The translations under genes were made by a program, and so were the position numbers. The notes beneath the pieces are model-generated. The model saw only the letters and a program-made list of their open reading frames with translations. It was not told the DNA's origin and did not search any database. A stretch of 64,000 nucleotides of DNA from Owenia fusiformis (Eukaryota): NCBI GenBank assembly GCA_903813345.2, contig CAIIXF020000001.1, positions 19,654,001 through 19,718,000 on the forward strand. The letters are read 5' to 3'. The first letter of the stretch is position 1. Every line of letters starts with the position of its first letter. This document shows positions 52,863 through 64,000 of the stretch, one piece after another.

Positions 52863-55800
52863 CTGGTTTTATTTTTGGTATTTTGAAAAGACAAGCGGTA
52901 AAATACACCCTCAACTACTATCTATTTTATGTAACCCATTTGTACTTCTGACATTCAAATTCAATGTCAACCAACTTCAAGGTCTCAAACCATAAAATAG
53001 AATTTCAGAGATGCATTAGAACAGAGCATATAATATAATTTCTCATCTACAGGGAAATGAGCTTCATATCGAAAGTTGTTTTATAATGAAACCTGGTTTC
53101 TGGAAATTTGCACTTAATGCCACCATTCCTTGTTTCTAGGGAAGTACATTCGCGATGAACTCAACTCGAATATAGCAACTTGCCATAAATCACAGAATAA
53201 AATTAGTTGTTGGTCCTCACAGCCTAAAATAAATAGTTGAAAATACAGATTTCATGACTATTTAGGATAGATGAACTTGACCTTAATCTTGATAAACCTT
53301 TTATTTGAAGAAGTAAAGTAATTACTAACATTACTTTTAAGGCCATTTAATAAAATATTAAGGTTCACAAACATTTTTGAGAACCGCTTTATTCGTTTCT
53401 TTTATGCTAATACTTTTGAAAATCAACACTCCTTCATTTTCAATATTAAATTATTTTTTACGGTTTTGAATTTTCAGTTTTATAAACCAGTTTTCATGTG
53501 TTTTTTTATGTTGATACCCCCATCATCTTCAGTCAGCTACCCGAGGGTCACATTCTGTAATTGAACTATTGGAAAGGGGATGGATCATAAAGCATGAGGG
53601 TCAGAGCCAAAGTGCATTATGTATATGAAACTCTCTTTTAAAGAATTAAAATGACACCATTGGTAAAGGTATCTATAATGAACTCAGAATATGTGACATC
53701 TTCTATTGAGGTACATGTAGTGTTTTGACTGGATCGATTTGCTAACTCACTCCTGGCATCCTCATCTAAGAGATAAATATACAGTGGGTGTACTGTCTGG
53801 ACTCAAACACATAGAAATTCACTTTCATGTACAATCACAGTCAGTAACTATTCAGTAATTATGAATAACCGAATAAACCTATGGTTTGAGAATCCAACTC
53901 AATTCGTAGTTGGCAGAAAGCAATTTGTGCGAGAATATTGGTAGTTTAGACTATTACGTACTTAATATCATTTGCGCTTCTCTAGAGGTGACATTGGGAT
54001 GGGAGGGTTACTAAGCAACAAGCAAGATACAGGTTAAATAAAGCATAATGAGAATACGCAATGTTTTCCTAATGACATTTCATTTGGGTTTATACTGATA
54101 ATTTGTCTCTGGTAATTGCTAGATAGTTTTTTCCTTTTAACATATTACTTCTTACAAAGTCATTTGGGTGACTTTGAAACATAGTGTTCCTGTGTTATTA
54201 GCATATTGCTGTTATTAGCATATTCCTGACATACTGTAGCGAAGCCCAGTATGAAAACAAGTCATTCTAATCTTTAAATCTGAAAGACTAATAGGAGCCC
54301 ATGGTCCATAGTGGAAAGGATTTTATAATGATATCTAAATAAAGAATGATCAGTCAACCTGGAACAATAGCATCAGAGTAGTGAACCAGAAAAACATTTA
54401 GATGATACTGTTATAGCAAGATTGAATGGTTGAATGAATATCTAAAAACATTACTAACCAATTCATATGACACATTCATTAGGTATGTGGGCGGGCAGCC
54501 CAAGTAATCAAATTATGTCATCAAGCTGGCAAAAAATCATTCAACTGTTTTAACCTGATTTTTTGCTTATGTAAAAGCAGACTTGTGGCTAGATCTGGTT
54601 AGGTTTTAGGATTGCTGGGTAATTTACAAGGCGTGCATTTTGCTCTTCAAATGTGATATTTATCACATATTATGTGCCTTATTATCTGATGATATTAAAA
54701 TGTTAAGATATGTAGATTACTCAATCATCTATACAAAAGATCTCTCAATCTGTGTATAGCATATGAGTGTTCAGAGTATCAATATTCAATATTAATATGT
54801 ACTGAGTGACATCTCATCAATTAATCTCTGCTCTAGTTGTAGATGTACCATCTGTTTAGCAACCTATTACTGTGTTACATGATGATGTGTTGCATTCATT
54901 CATTTATTTAGCAATTATTCAAACAACTTATTAAGTTTCCTGTTAAACACATGTTAATGTGATATATGAAGTTTTATATTATGCAATATTATATGACAGT
55001 AAATTATCATCATGGTATATCATCATTCTCTTCTACAACAATGTACCAGTTTGATCAATCACAAGAAGTTGTATGTATATTGATTGTGAGGACGCTTAAA
55101 GAACCCCATAAAGGACCAAAAAGGACTGAAAACAACTTCCTGTGATTTTGATACCTTTGTACATAAAGAATAAGATGGTTACCATTACCATGGCTATTTC
55201 TTATTTTTCAATAAGAGATCTATAGTTTATCATTATAGGTTTTGTAGAAAACCATTTGTCAGATTATTTTTCAAGTTTGTACAGCTGTGTTCTCGAGCTG
55301 ATTAACTTTTAGTAGTGACCATCTTGAATTGTGGCAACCATTTTGTAAGTTTCTTGATTTTTCTAGCTTATCTCAATTCCTAGTTCTAGAGCTGATCACT
55401 TTTGGATTGGCCATCTTGAATTCTAGCGGCCATTTTTAATGGTTTTTTTCTGAATGATTTTCTTGTTATTGATTAAAGGCAGAATCAGATTGATTTAACA
55501 ACAGTTTCAGTTTTACAATATTTAGGCTCAAATCATTGCTTGTCACAGTTTGTAGTGTGATCTCATCCACATTGTTTCTTTTTAGTCCATGTTTGACTCA
55601 TCCACTCTCTAATCAATGTTAATTTGTCATACAGTAAACCTTGTTGAATTCAAACTAATCTGGGAATGCCCAAAAGTGTTCAGATTGGCAGGTTCTTCAC
55701 ATTTCAAAATTTAGTACATTAAAAATGGGATTGAAAAAGTGTTCACATTTAGAGGTGTTCAAATGAGAGATACATCTTTACTTTTTATATGTCATTCAGT

Positions 55801-58800
55801 GTAATTTTATTGTTCATTAGGTTTTCTTTGCTATATTTTCACTTGATATATGACAGTTTGAGGGTTTCAATAGTCAACATTATTCCAATACTTGAGAAGT
55901 TCAGGTTTCTCTTCCTTTCACCATTTCACACGGAAAAATATTCAAAGCACTTTCAAATCCTACACTTGAGCATTGTTAAAGGTTAATTTCAATATGTTAA
56001 TTTGAATGTATTTCCTGAACTCTATGTATACAGTTGAGAGTCCAAGACGTGACAGAGTCATTATTATGGTGAATACACATCCATTAGCTGAAAGCAATCT
56101 GTTGTTTGAGTAAAATAGCAAATATCAATTTCAAATATAAACTATTGAAAGCTTGGGACAGTTAAACAAACATCTACTGGAGGTTGCCTATACAGTATAC
56201 ATGTTGGTATGGAGAAATCAAATCAACTCTTTGTTCAAATGTGTTTTATTAATATGACCACTATTGTCTGTACATATGTGAGCCATAATGAGGTGGGTTG
56301 GTCTGAAATAGCTCAATCTGATTGGCTCATAAATAATTGTATTGATTTCGGTATTCAACCGCAATACTGTCTGCATAGTAAGGTCGGAATGACGCAATAC
56401 TAGTATGAGTCTACCACATATATGGGTGTTGCCCAAACTCTAGATTCTGATTGGCTGACACGCAAGGACAAACCCATCCTACATGTGTTGTGACATGTTG
56501 ACTTAAATGAAATTCCTGTTTCAAAGAAAGAAAAAAATATTAGAAGTTCATACAGCACTTGCCTTCCTAATGAAAATGTACAAAAGGAAAACCTAAAGGA
56601 AACTTAGCTAGTAACATAACATTGACTGCTTCACTGAACGAACATCTAAAATACTCATATCTTATTTACAAAATAAAATAATAATCAATATTTATTGTTT
56701 ATACGAGAGAGAGATAATAATTACATAAACAAAAACAATATATCTTGTTCAAGTGAAAGTAAAGTGGAGTTTAAGTACATTGTATATTCACTGGATTTGA
56801 TAGATCATACAAAACAGTACATTAGATAACATGAAGCCGCCCTCACAGGAGCAGAACAAAGACACAATGGGATTTGACTCATCTTATGTAAGATTATTTT
56901 CTTGTATTTCATCAATTACAAGGGCTATGAACATTCATGTTTATACCCTTTCCCTCATTCTCAAGCTTTAGATAAAGGTAAGAGTTGGTCTGGTAGCTCG
57001 AAATAACTGTAAGGGATTGATTTTGAAATTGTACTTGTTGGCTCTACTAAAGGTTTTATTTTGGAATGATAGATGCAGTAATGTCATCATGTGAATGTTT
57101 AGTAATATATGGTTCATTTTTATGAATATTTATGAGTCAGAACAAATATGGTATCATTATCATAATAAATGGATCAGTTTGGTAGGGAAGCCCTCCATAT
57201 TATATCTGTCCATCCATCAGTCATTCCATCATTCTCTCATGCAATTTGTTTGCTACACTGCTACTGTTTTTGAGTATCATTTTCTGGTAATCTAACAACA
57301 TTCTCCAAACACAAGCCTCCAGAACTCTTCTTTCAAGGAAGGAACGTCATGGATGATGTTGAGAGCATTGCGTTCGGAGGATGATCTAATAAATGATTGT
57401 TAACTAATACTGTATATATGAAATTGTCTTCTTTCCTGTAATACTTGGTGCTTCTGAACTGAATCAAGTTAACCAGGATGTGAGTTTACTTGGCCTTATT
57501 GCTTCTAGGTATTTGTTAATTTTATTTGCTTATACTTTTGATTTGTTTCTAACAAAAATATTCATCAGTTTGCTGTCTTACATACATCACTGTGACAGCC
57601 TCTGTATCGTCAAACTTTCATAAGCATCAACTGGGGAAACAGATAGGGTGAGAGGGAGGGGGTGCATATTTTTGTTCAGGGTAAAAGCTTATCTTTTTGT
57701 TTTATTGTTGAATGCCCATATTGACAATGATGATTGGTTTTAAGGGAGGGGATAAATCCATTTTACAGTAGAGTCCATGATAAGCTATAATCATGCGCTC
57801 TCCTGAAAACCTGTCCTCATATTTATATATTATACATGTAGCTTGTCTTGTTCTCTGGTTGTAACATAAACATGTCTAGAAACCAGTCCAGCAGGATGTC
57901 ACAAGATATCTGGATAAGACAGAAATCAATTTAGTGATTTCTAATATCAACTCTAATGATATCACTTCTTCCTTTATTGATATATCTGTAGACATTGGCA
58001 GCATTCCTCTTAAATTATGATTCTGTTCAACCAGAATCAATATCATCCGAGGCCTGGTATGTTGCAATATTGTAATAGCCCTCCTTCTTTGATTTGATAT
58101 ACATGGTCACATTAACCCTTGGCTCAGTTCCAAACGCCTTCCTTCCATGAAGAATATTTCCCAGAAGTCATAAAAACATTTGCCATATATTTTGTTTGAA
58201 ATCATTAGATTAAGGTGGGCAGAGAAGGAAACATAATGACACGTGTTATTGATCACCTATATCAAAATAAGGATTCATGAGAATAACAAAGACATGTTTA
58301 TAACAATACGGTGCATTACATGCCCTGCCTGCATGCTCTACCATGCAATATCAAAGTGACCATCTATTTTGTCTTAATTACAGCACAATATCTACATTTT
58401 AGGATCGAATATGATACGATTACATCAGGGGGGAATCCAACTGGATATTTTGCAAGAAATATAACAGAAATTTACTTCAGGAATCCCTAATTTACAATCC
58501 CCATGTTATTTAATTCTGTTACATAACTTGGCAGATAATCCAGAGAAGTTCTGATTGACCATCTCTGTTTTCAATAGTCTGCCAGCTATCTAGATGATCT
58601 GGCAGGCTTACTTATACTAGTATATATAATTGCACCAACTGGATAAATGATGTGATGGTATAATTGTAGATGTTTGTTTGATACACATTGATTTTTATAT
58701 CCGTTGGTAATTATTCCTATCATATCCTGTTTTCTATTGTAATAGTGTAAATACAGTATTTAAATGGAGGAAATGAAAAGAATCAAAGATTATGTACAAT

Positions 58801-59208
58801 GATATGTTATAACCGTTTCAAATGTAGGCAGTGGATGGCAGATTACTTTCTCAGCCTCATCCCCCTATTTCCCGAACATGATAGAAAAGTGGTTATGGGG
58901 GCCGGGGGGGGGGGGGGGGGGGGGGGGGGTAATGGTGAGTATATAGTACACACATTTTTGTGCAAAATGTACTTAAAACACTTGAACCCATCCAGTTACA
59001 AAAAATATAATTGTTTGTCATGGGATATTATTACAGACTACACTAAACAACTGATATTTGAATTAAATTGTCTACTTCCCTTAGACGTGCAGGTCCTCAC
59101 TAGTAAAAAACGAATAAATAAACAAATGTCCTGTTTATGTGGAAGTAGACTAAAGTACCTCATTTACCCAACGTACAATCAAACATACTATCAATCGAGT
59201 ACTATGGA

Positions 59209-59858
59209 GGGTAACTGGTCAACTCGTACCCAAGACAACTCGTACCCAAGACAACTCGTACCCAAGACAACTCGTACCCAAGTATATATTTTGTTTTGAA
59301 TCAAGCATTGGACTGGGAATGTGAATAGATATACATATTATAATTGTAACATACTGTTCAGAATAGTTTAAAGTTTGAAGAAAAATTTTCGGAAGAAATT
59401 GATTTAATTTTATGACATTTTGAGCTGAGTGTCAATTTATATTGACTATTATTTTATATTAGTCACAGATTCAGGATGTTCAAGTGAAGAGACATATGTT
59501 TATAATCATTTTTCAAAATATTATATGTTTATGAGTGTTTGGAACAAGTGTCAGATCTAATGTTGTAATCATATTTATTTATATATATATTTGACAAAAA
59601 AATGTTGAGAACAAGCGCTTCAACCACTTCTTTTATTTAATAAAAAAATGCTTTACTGATCCATTGAGAAAAAATGTCGTCTAAATTCAAAAAAATATTG
59701 AGGCTTATTTGATTCACCTTATAACATGAAAGCATTACAAACTCAATTTCTTCCCTAATATGCACCCATAATACTGAAAATAAGCTTGGGTACAAGTTGT
59801 CTTGGGTACGAGTTGTCTTGGGTACGAGTTGTCTTGGGTACGAGTCGACTAGGAAGCC
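59209..59858. mobile_element. Non-autonomous DNA element with inverted arrays of a 16-bp subterminal repeat
   Basis: (CAACTCGTACCCAAGA)x~4 at the left and its reverse complement x~3-4 at the right. CTATGGAG is duplicated at both junctions (TSD 6-8 bp depending on boundary). Confidence 0.8.
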
Positions 59859-60406
59859 TATGGAGTACTATTAGGTTATTGTGACTTGTGTATTAATATG
59901 ATTAACTATAATCCATTCTGATCCTTTGATAAATATAGATACTTATCATAACAAACATTTTGGGAATTAGAGCTCCCAATAAACATTGGCGATTTGTTTG
60001 CCAGTGGGAACTTTGGATGTGTTATATCCTTTCATCTAGACTAGGGGAAGCAGGACTTATCCTAGTAAGCTGGGATTACCCATTATGGTATAATATACAT
60101 TTTGTAGCATCATACAAGAATTAAGATACCATAGCCTTTAGAGTCTCCAGAAGGATAGTACATGGTAAATCTATAATTAACCCAATGTATAATATTATAT
60201 ATGTTTTGTGGGGTTGTTTGTATTCCATATTTGGTTCTGAATGCGTCATCATAATTATGTATAATACCATTCATTGTTAAATGATACATTTACAAATGAT
60301 ATCATACAGCTAATTTTTTTAATTTTGTATTTGGAGTTACATGTACTCTCATTTTCAGCCTCAAAGCAGTTTCTTTTAGTTAATGTTATGATTGTTGTAT
60401 TTTCAG

Positions 60407-60637
60407 GTGGAGATGCACCCTGTCAATGACATAAACAATCCCAATGATAAACTACTTAATCGTCAACGTCACGCTAGTCGTGCTTCAACATGCAGTCAGA
60501 GAAGTCAAAGAAGTTTGAAACGTCTCGATAGTGATGTAGAACACACTATAGATCCTGACCAGAAGGGTGTCAGTAAGCGTAAAATCAGCGTCAGTAGGCC
60601 GGAGTATCATGAACATCTCAAAGGCATTATGGGACAG
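60407..60637 (+). CDS. Internal coding exon of an unidentified gene (hydrophilic, Ser/Arg-rich, 77 codons)
   Basis: Acceptor tattttcag| and donor CAG|gtgcgt; 231 nt, phase 0/0. Encodes VEMHPVNDINNPNDKLLNRQRHASRASTCSQRSQRS...RKISVSRPEYHEHLKGIMGQ with protein-like composition. Confidence 0.7.
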
Positions 60638-61379
60638 GTGCGTCATTTGAACTGATATACCATGGCTGGTATTTTTTTGAACATGAGACAGGGCATTTTT
60701 AACAATTCATTGTTTAATAGGGTTTATTATATTTCAGTGTACTATTATGCATAATGGATCAAAATGACCCCCTTTTTCTCAAACACCCAGACAGTATAGG
60801 TGAAAACAACTATTATGTATTTAATTCTAAAACAACAGAAATCTTAGGTAGAAATATTGAATAACATTCTAACTGAAAACATATTACTTCAGGGTATCTT
60901 GACATTAAGCTTGTAATAAACAGGGCTAATGTTTCTTCATGTTGAAACTTCCTTCAACTCATATCAGTCGCAATGCAGCCACAGCAAATGTATCAACTCT
61001 AAGTGAACCCCATTTATTTATGAAGGCCAATGGCCTTTGTGCTGTGGATGTTCGCTAGACCAACCTAGCAGGTTTAACAATAAACAAAACTCATTTTTCT
61101 TTTTTAAATGTCGTGTCTGACAGTTTCCTTTGAAAGTTATGAAATATATGTACAGTTATGTTATGTGTATGATAATTTAAACTACGTGTTATTGTAACTC
61201 ATACAATGCATTTACTCAATATTTCGGATGTGACAGATTTTATCAAGTTAATAACTATCATTTTGTGTCATATGTTCATACGTAAGAGTGTAAGCTATTA
61301 ATTTTTTATTTACTATCATTATTAAAAATTACCCTGAATAGTGGATTCTATACAAACATGACATGACACAGTACAGTAT

Positions 61380-61545
61380 CAGGCCGTAGCCAGGGGGGTT
61401 TGAGACAAAAAATTATTTCAAAATCATGCAGTTTTTCATGATTCTAAGCATTTTTCATGTGATTTTGGGCCAAATTTGTCTATGTGAACCCCCTGGAATT
61501 TTTTTGAAAAGTAAACCCCCTTGGCAAAAACTGGCTACTGGCTTG
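61380..61545. mobile_element. Short MITE with apparent 5-bp TSD
   Basis: AGTAT|CAGGCCGTAGCCAG ... CTGGCTACTGGCTTG|AGTAT. Confidence 0.6.
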
Positions 61546-62220
61546 AGTATATTTGATATTAATTTATTACTCATATTGAGTTTCAAAAAAGTTGAGGGTA
61601 AAAGTTTAATTGACAACAATCAGTTTTCATTGATGATTGAGGTAGATATGAATCTTGGTGCATGTGTTGTAGACATGAAAATAGTTCATCATAACAACTC
61701 TCCATGAATTGCTGTTGTTTTTTTCGTCAATCCGTTCATTTCATTTGAAGTTTGGAGGGAAGGGGGCAAACTCTGTCTGCCTTTTTTCACAAATATTTCA
61801 TGTATGTTTCTACAGGAAAAGATGTTTTTCTGCCTGCTGGGGGCTTTCAGAGTTTCAGTGCCAGGGGGAGGGGGGGGGGAGTCAATCTGACACCAGTGAT
61901 TAGGCTGCCAGGTAGCATTCTAGTCTAACAAAGTCCCCCCCCCTTCACATTCTCCAGTCAGGGCAGTTTTGCTCTGGAAATTGGGAGAATCAGTGGATGG
62001 TTTCCATTCCATGTTTGTCTTATTAGATATTTGAACATAACTTCTTTTGTATAAGCATGGGCATTTCAACTGTTGAAAGCCCATATATGGTATAAGTTAC
62101 TGAAAAAAGCTTTTAGACAAGGTTGTCTTTTTCCCAAGTCTTTCTACCTCCCGAAGAACACACCCGACAATCACTTAAAACGAATATCGGAGCGGTATGA
62201 TTTCTTCCCTAAGTTACACA

Positions 62221-62724
62221 CAGGCCTGTCAACTGTCCCGCAATTTGCGTATTTGTCACGCATTTGCTGAAGAATTTGAAGTCATGCCAGTTATTTTTGC
62301 GTGACAGAAAATGTCACGCAAATACCCATTTTACCTGGTAATTGTCAAGCAAAAATATTTCTGTAGAAAAATTTCTAAAAAAGATTGTCTATACTACAGC
62401 AAAAATACGAACGGCGGAAAAAAAATGTACGCATTTCGTTTGGACTTTTCACGTGAATTACGTATATGTCATGCATTCTGTTCGAAATGTTTGAAACGCG
62501 AGCGTAGCGAGCGCGAAAAATTTGAGGTGTTCAAAATTTGGCAAGATGTAATAAAATTTAAACCAAGGTGTTCAAAATTTGGCAAGATGTAATAAAATTT
62601 AAACCAAGGTGTTCAAAATTTGGATCAAGGTGTTCAGATTTGGACCAAGGTGTCCATATTTTGAGGGGAGGTGTTCAACATTTCCAAGTCACTCATGTTA
62701 GGTGTTCCCAAGTTGACAGGCCTG
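62221..62724. mobile_element. hAT-like element with 6-bp TSD
   Basis: TACACA|CAGGCCTGTCAACT ... AGTTGACAGGCCTG|TACACA, with internal GGTGTTCAAAATTTGG tandem repeats. Confidence 0.8.
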
Positions 62725-63110
62725 TACACATTGGGCAAGGTTAGAAAAACACAAAAAGAAGAACACACTTAAACAAAATATCAATCAGTAAAGCTTACAA
62801 TGAAAACAAATGTTATACTAATATAGCATCCCATATTTTCAATATGCAACTCTGCAGATGAAGCCAGTAGGAATTGAGGTATATAATTATTCATAATGGC
62901 TCATATATAATCTCCACCCGAATGCAACCATAATGCCCTGGATATCTGAAGAATTCATATTTGCTGTTCAGATCCATCATGATAAATCAAGCCATCATCC
63001 TCTGGTGAAACAAAAAGATGCTATGATTATCAGAATGGTTCAGATCATGATGACCCCACTTTGTTTCCAATTACATCATATATCATTTAATAAAAGTAAT
63101 TCTGATTCTA

Positions 63111-63578
63111 CAGGGTGTCAAATAAATATGTTCTCCTCCCTCAACTTAAACATCCACAAAATGTTACATACAGTTGGGGACAAAAATAAATGACAGGTCG
63201 ATTTTCGATCACCATTTCCTAATTATGGTGGTCTGAAAGCCCATAATTTCCAATATTGTCTAGATACATATCCCTTAAAATTTGTATATTTTACATTTTG
63301 TATAATCTCATCCACTGATCTATGGCCTCTTGTAAATTCTCTTATTTTTAACATGGGAAATTCTCACTTCAGCAAATCCACCTGTCATTTATTTATGTCC
63401 CCAACTGTACCTGTTTTGTCTGTATGATATTTGAATTGTTCTTTAGCACATTAAAACTAGGCTTCATGTAGCAACTCTACAATAGGTTTCAAATGACTAG
63501 CTCAGCTTTGTGCACTTTTATGCATAAAAGTTCATAGTCTTGAAATCAAGGGGGAGAACATATTTATTTGACACCCTG
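63111..63578. mobile_element. Tc1/mariner MITE (outer)
   Basis: 26-bp perfect TIR CAGGGTGTCAAATAAATATGTTCTCC; TA on the left, AA on the right. Confidence 0.85.
63171..63407. mobile_element. Tc1/mariner MITE nested in the previous one
   Basis: TA|CAGTTGGGGACAAAAATAAATGACAGGT ... ACCTGTCATTTATTTATGTCCCCAACTG|TA (27/28 match). Confidence 0.85.
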
Positions 63579-64000
63579 AATATATCCAAAATGCCTATGA
63601 CTTATAACGATCTACTGTAACAAGCTTGAAAAATACTCACATAGTAAGTGAATCAATTGGCTTTTTAAAAGCAAGTCAAGAAATACATATGAGATATCCT
63701 TTTTAATTTATAATCATACCGCTCATAATTTTCGAAGTTTCCTCAAGTTTTAGAAAACAACATTTCTTATCTATTTAAGTCTATTGATGGTGTAAGTCAT
63801 AGATCGCTTTGAATTAGGATCAGAATTACAGAGACTGTCAATTTTAAGTCGTTTGAAGAGACTTGTCACTTTTTGAGTTGCTTAAAAAATTATTTGAAGT
63901 CAGCATCGAGACCAGTATACATGTCATCCAAACACTTTTGCATGATCAGCAGAGCAGATTGACCTTTTCTCTAGTTCCAAGCCATTATTTATTAATTTGA

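Noticed and set aside
58799-59299. 166-aa ORF
   Set aside because: Runs through a poly-G tract and into the 16-bp repeat array; no domain-like features.
59220-59850. 16-bp repeat arrays as CRISPR or iterons
   Set aside because: No spacers; the arrays are mirror-image subterminal repeats of a transposon-like element.

Overview
AT-rich eukaryotic (invertebrate, probably lophotrochozoan/mollusc-like) genomic DNA with spliceosomal GT-AG introns; no prokaryotic features. It contains three genes. (1) The last four coding exons of a + strand SYD-1/SYDE/RhoGAP100F-type C2 + RhoGAP gene (20357-35801, splice phases consistent, ~578 aa visible). (2) A complete three-exon gene on the - strand for a secreted coiled-coil + fibrinogen-domain (angiopoietin-like) protein of 618 aa (33595->31152), nested inside the last intron of the RhoGAP gene. 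(3) The probable first two coding exons of an unidentified + strand gene (43263-43289, 60407-60637). Introns and intergenic DNA carry many non-autonomous DNA transposons, several nested: TTAA-targeting Kolobok-like elements, Tc1/mariner MITEs, hAT-like elements with 5/6/8-bp TSDs, 9-bp-TSD elements and Helentron/HINE-like elements, plus minisatellites. The most notable observations are the nested antisense angiopoietin-like gene and an inverted pair of ~1.15-kb elements in which one copy shows the empty site of a TTAA insertion present in the other. All alignments were done by eye and no databases were searched.
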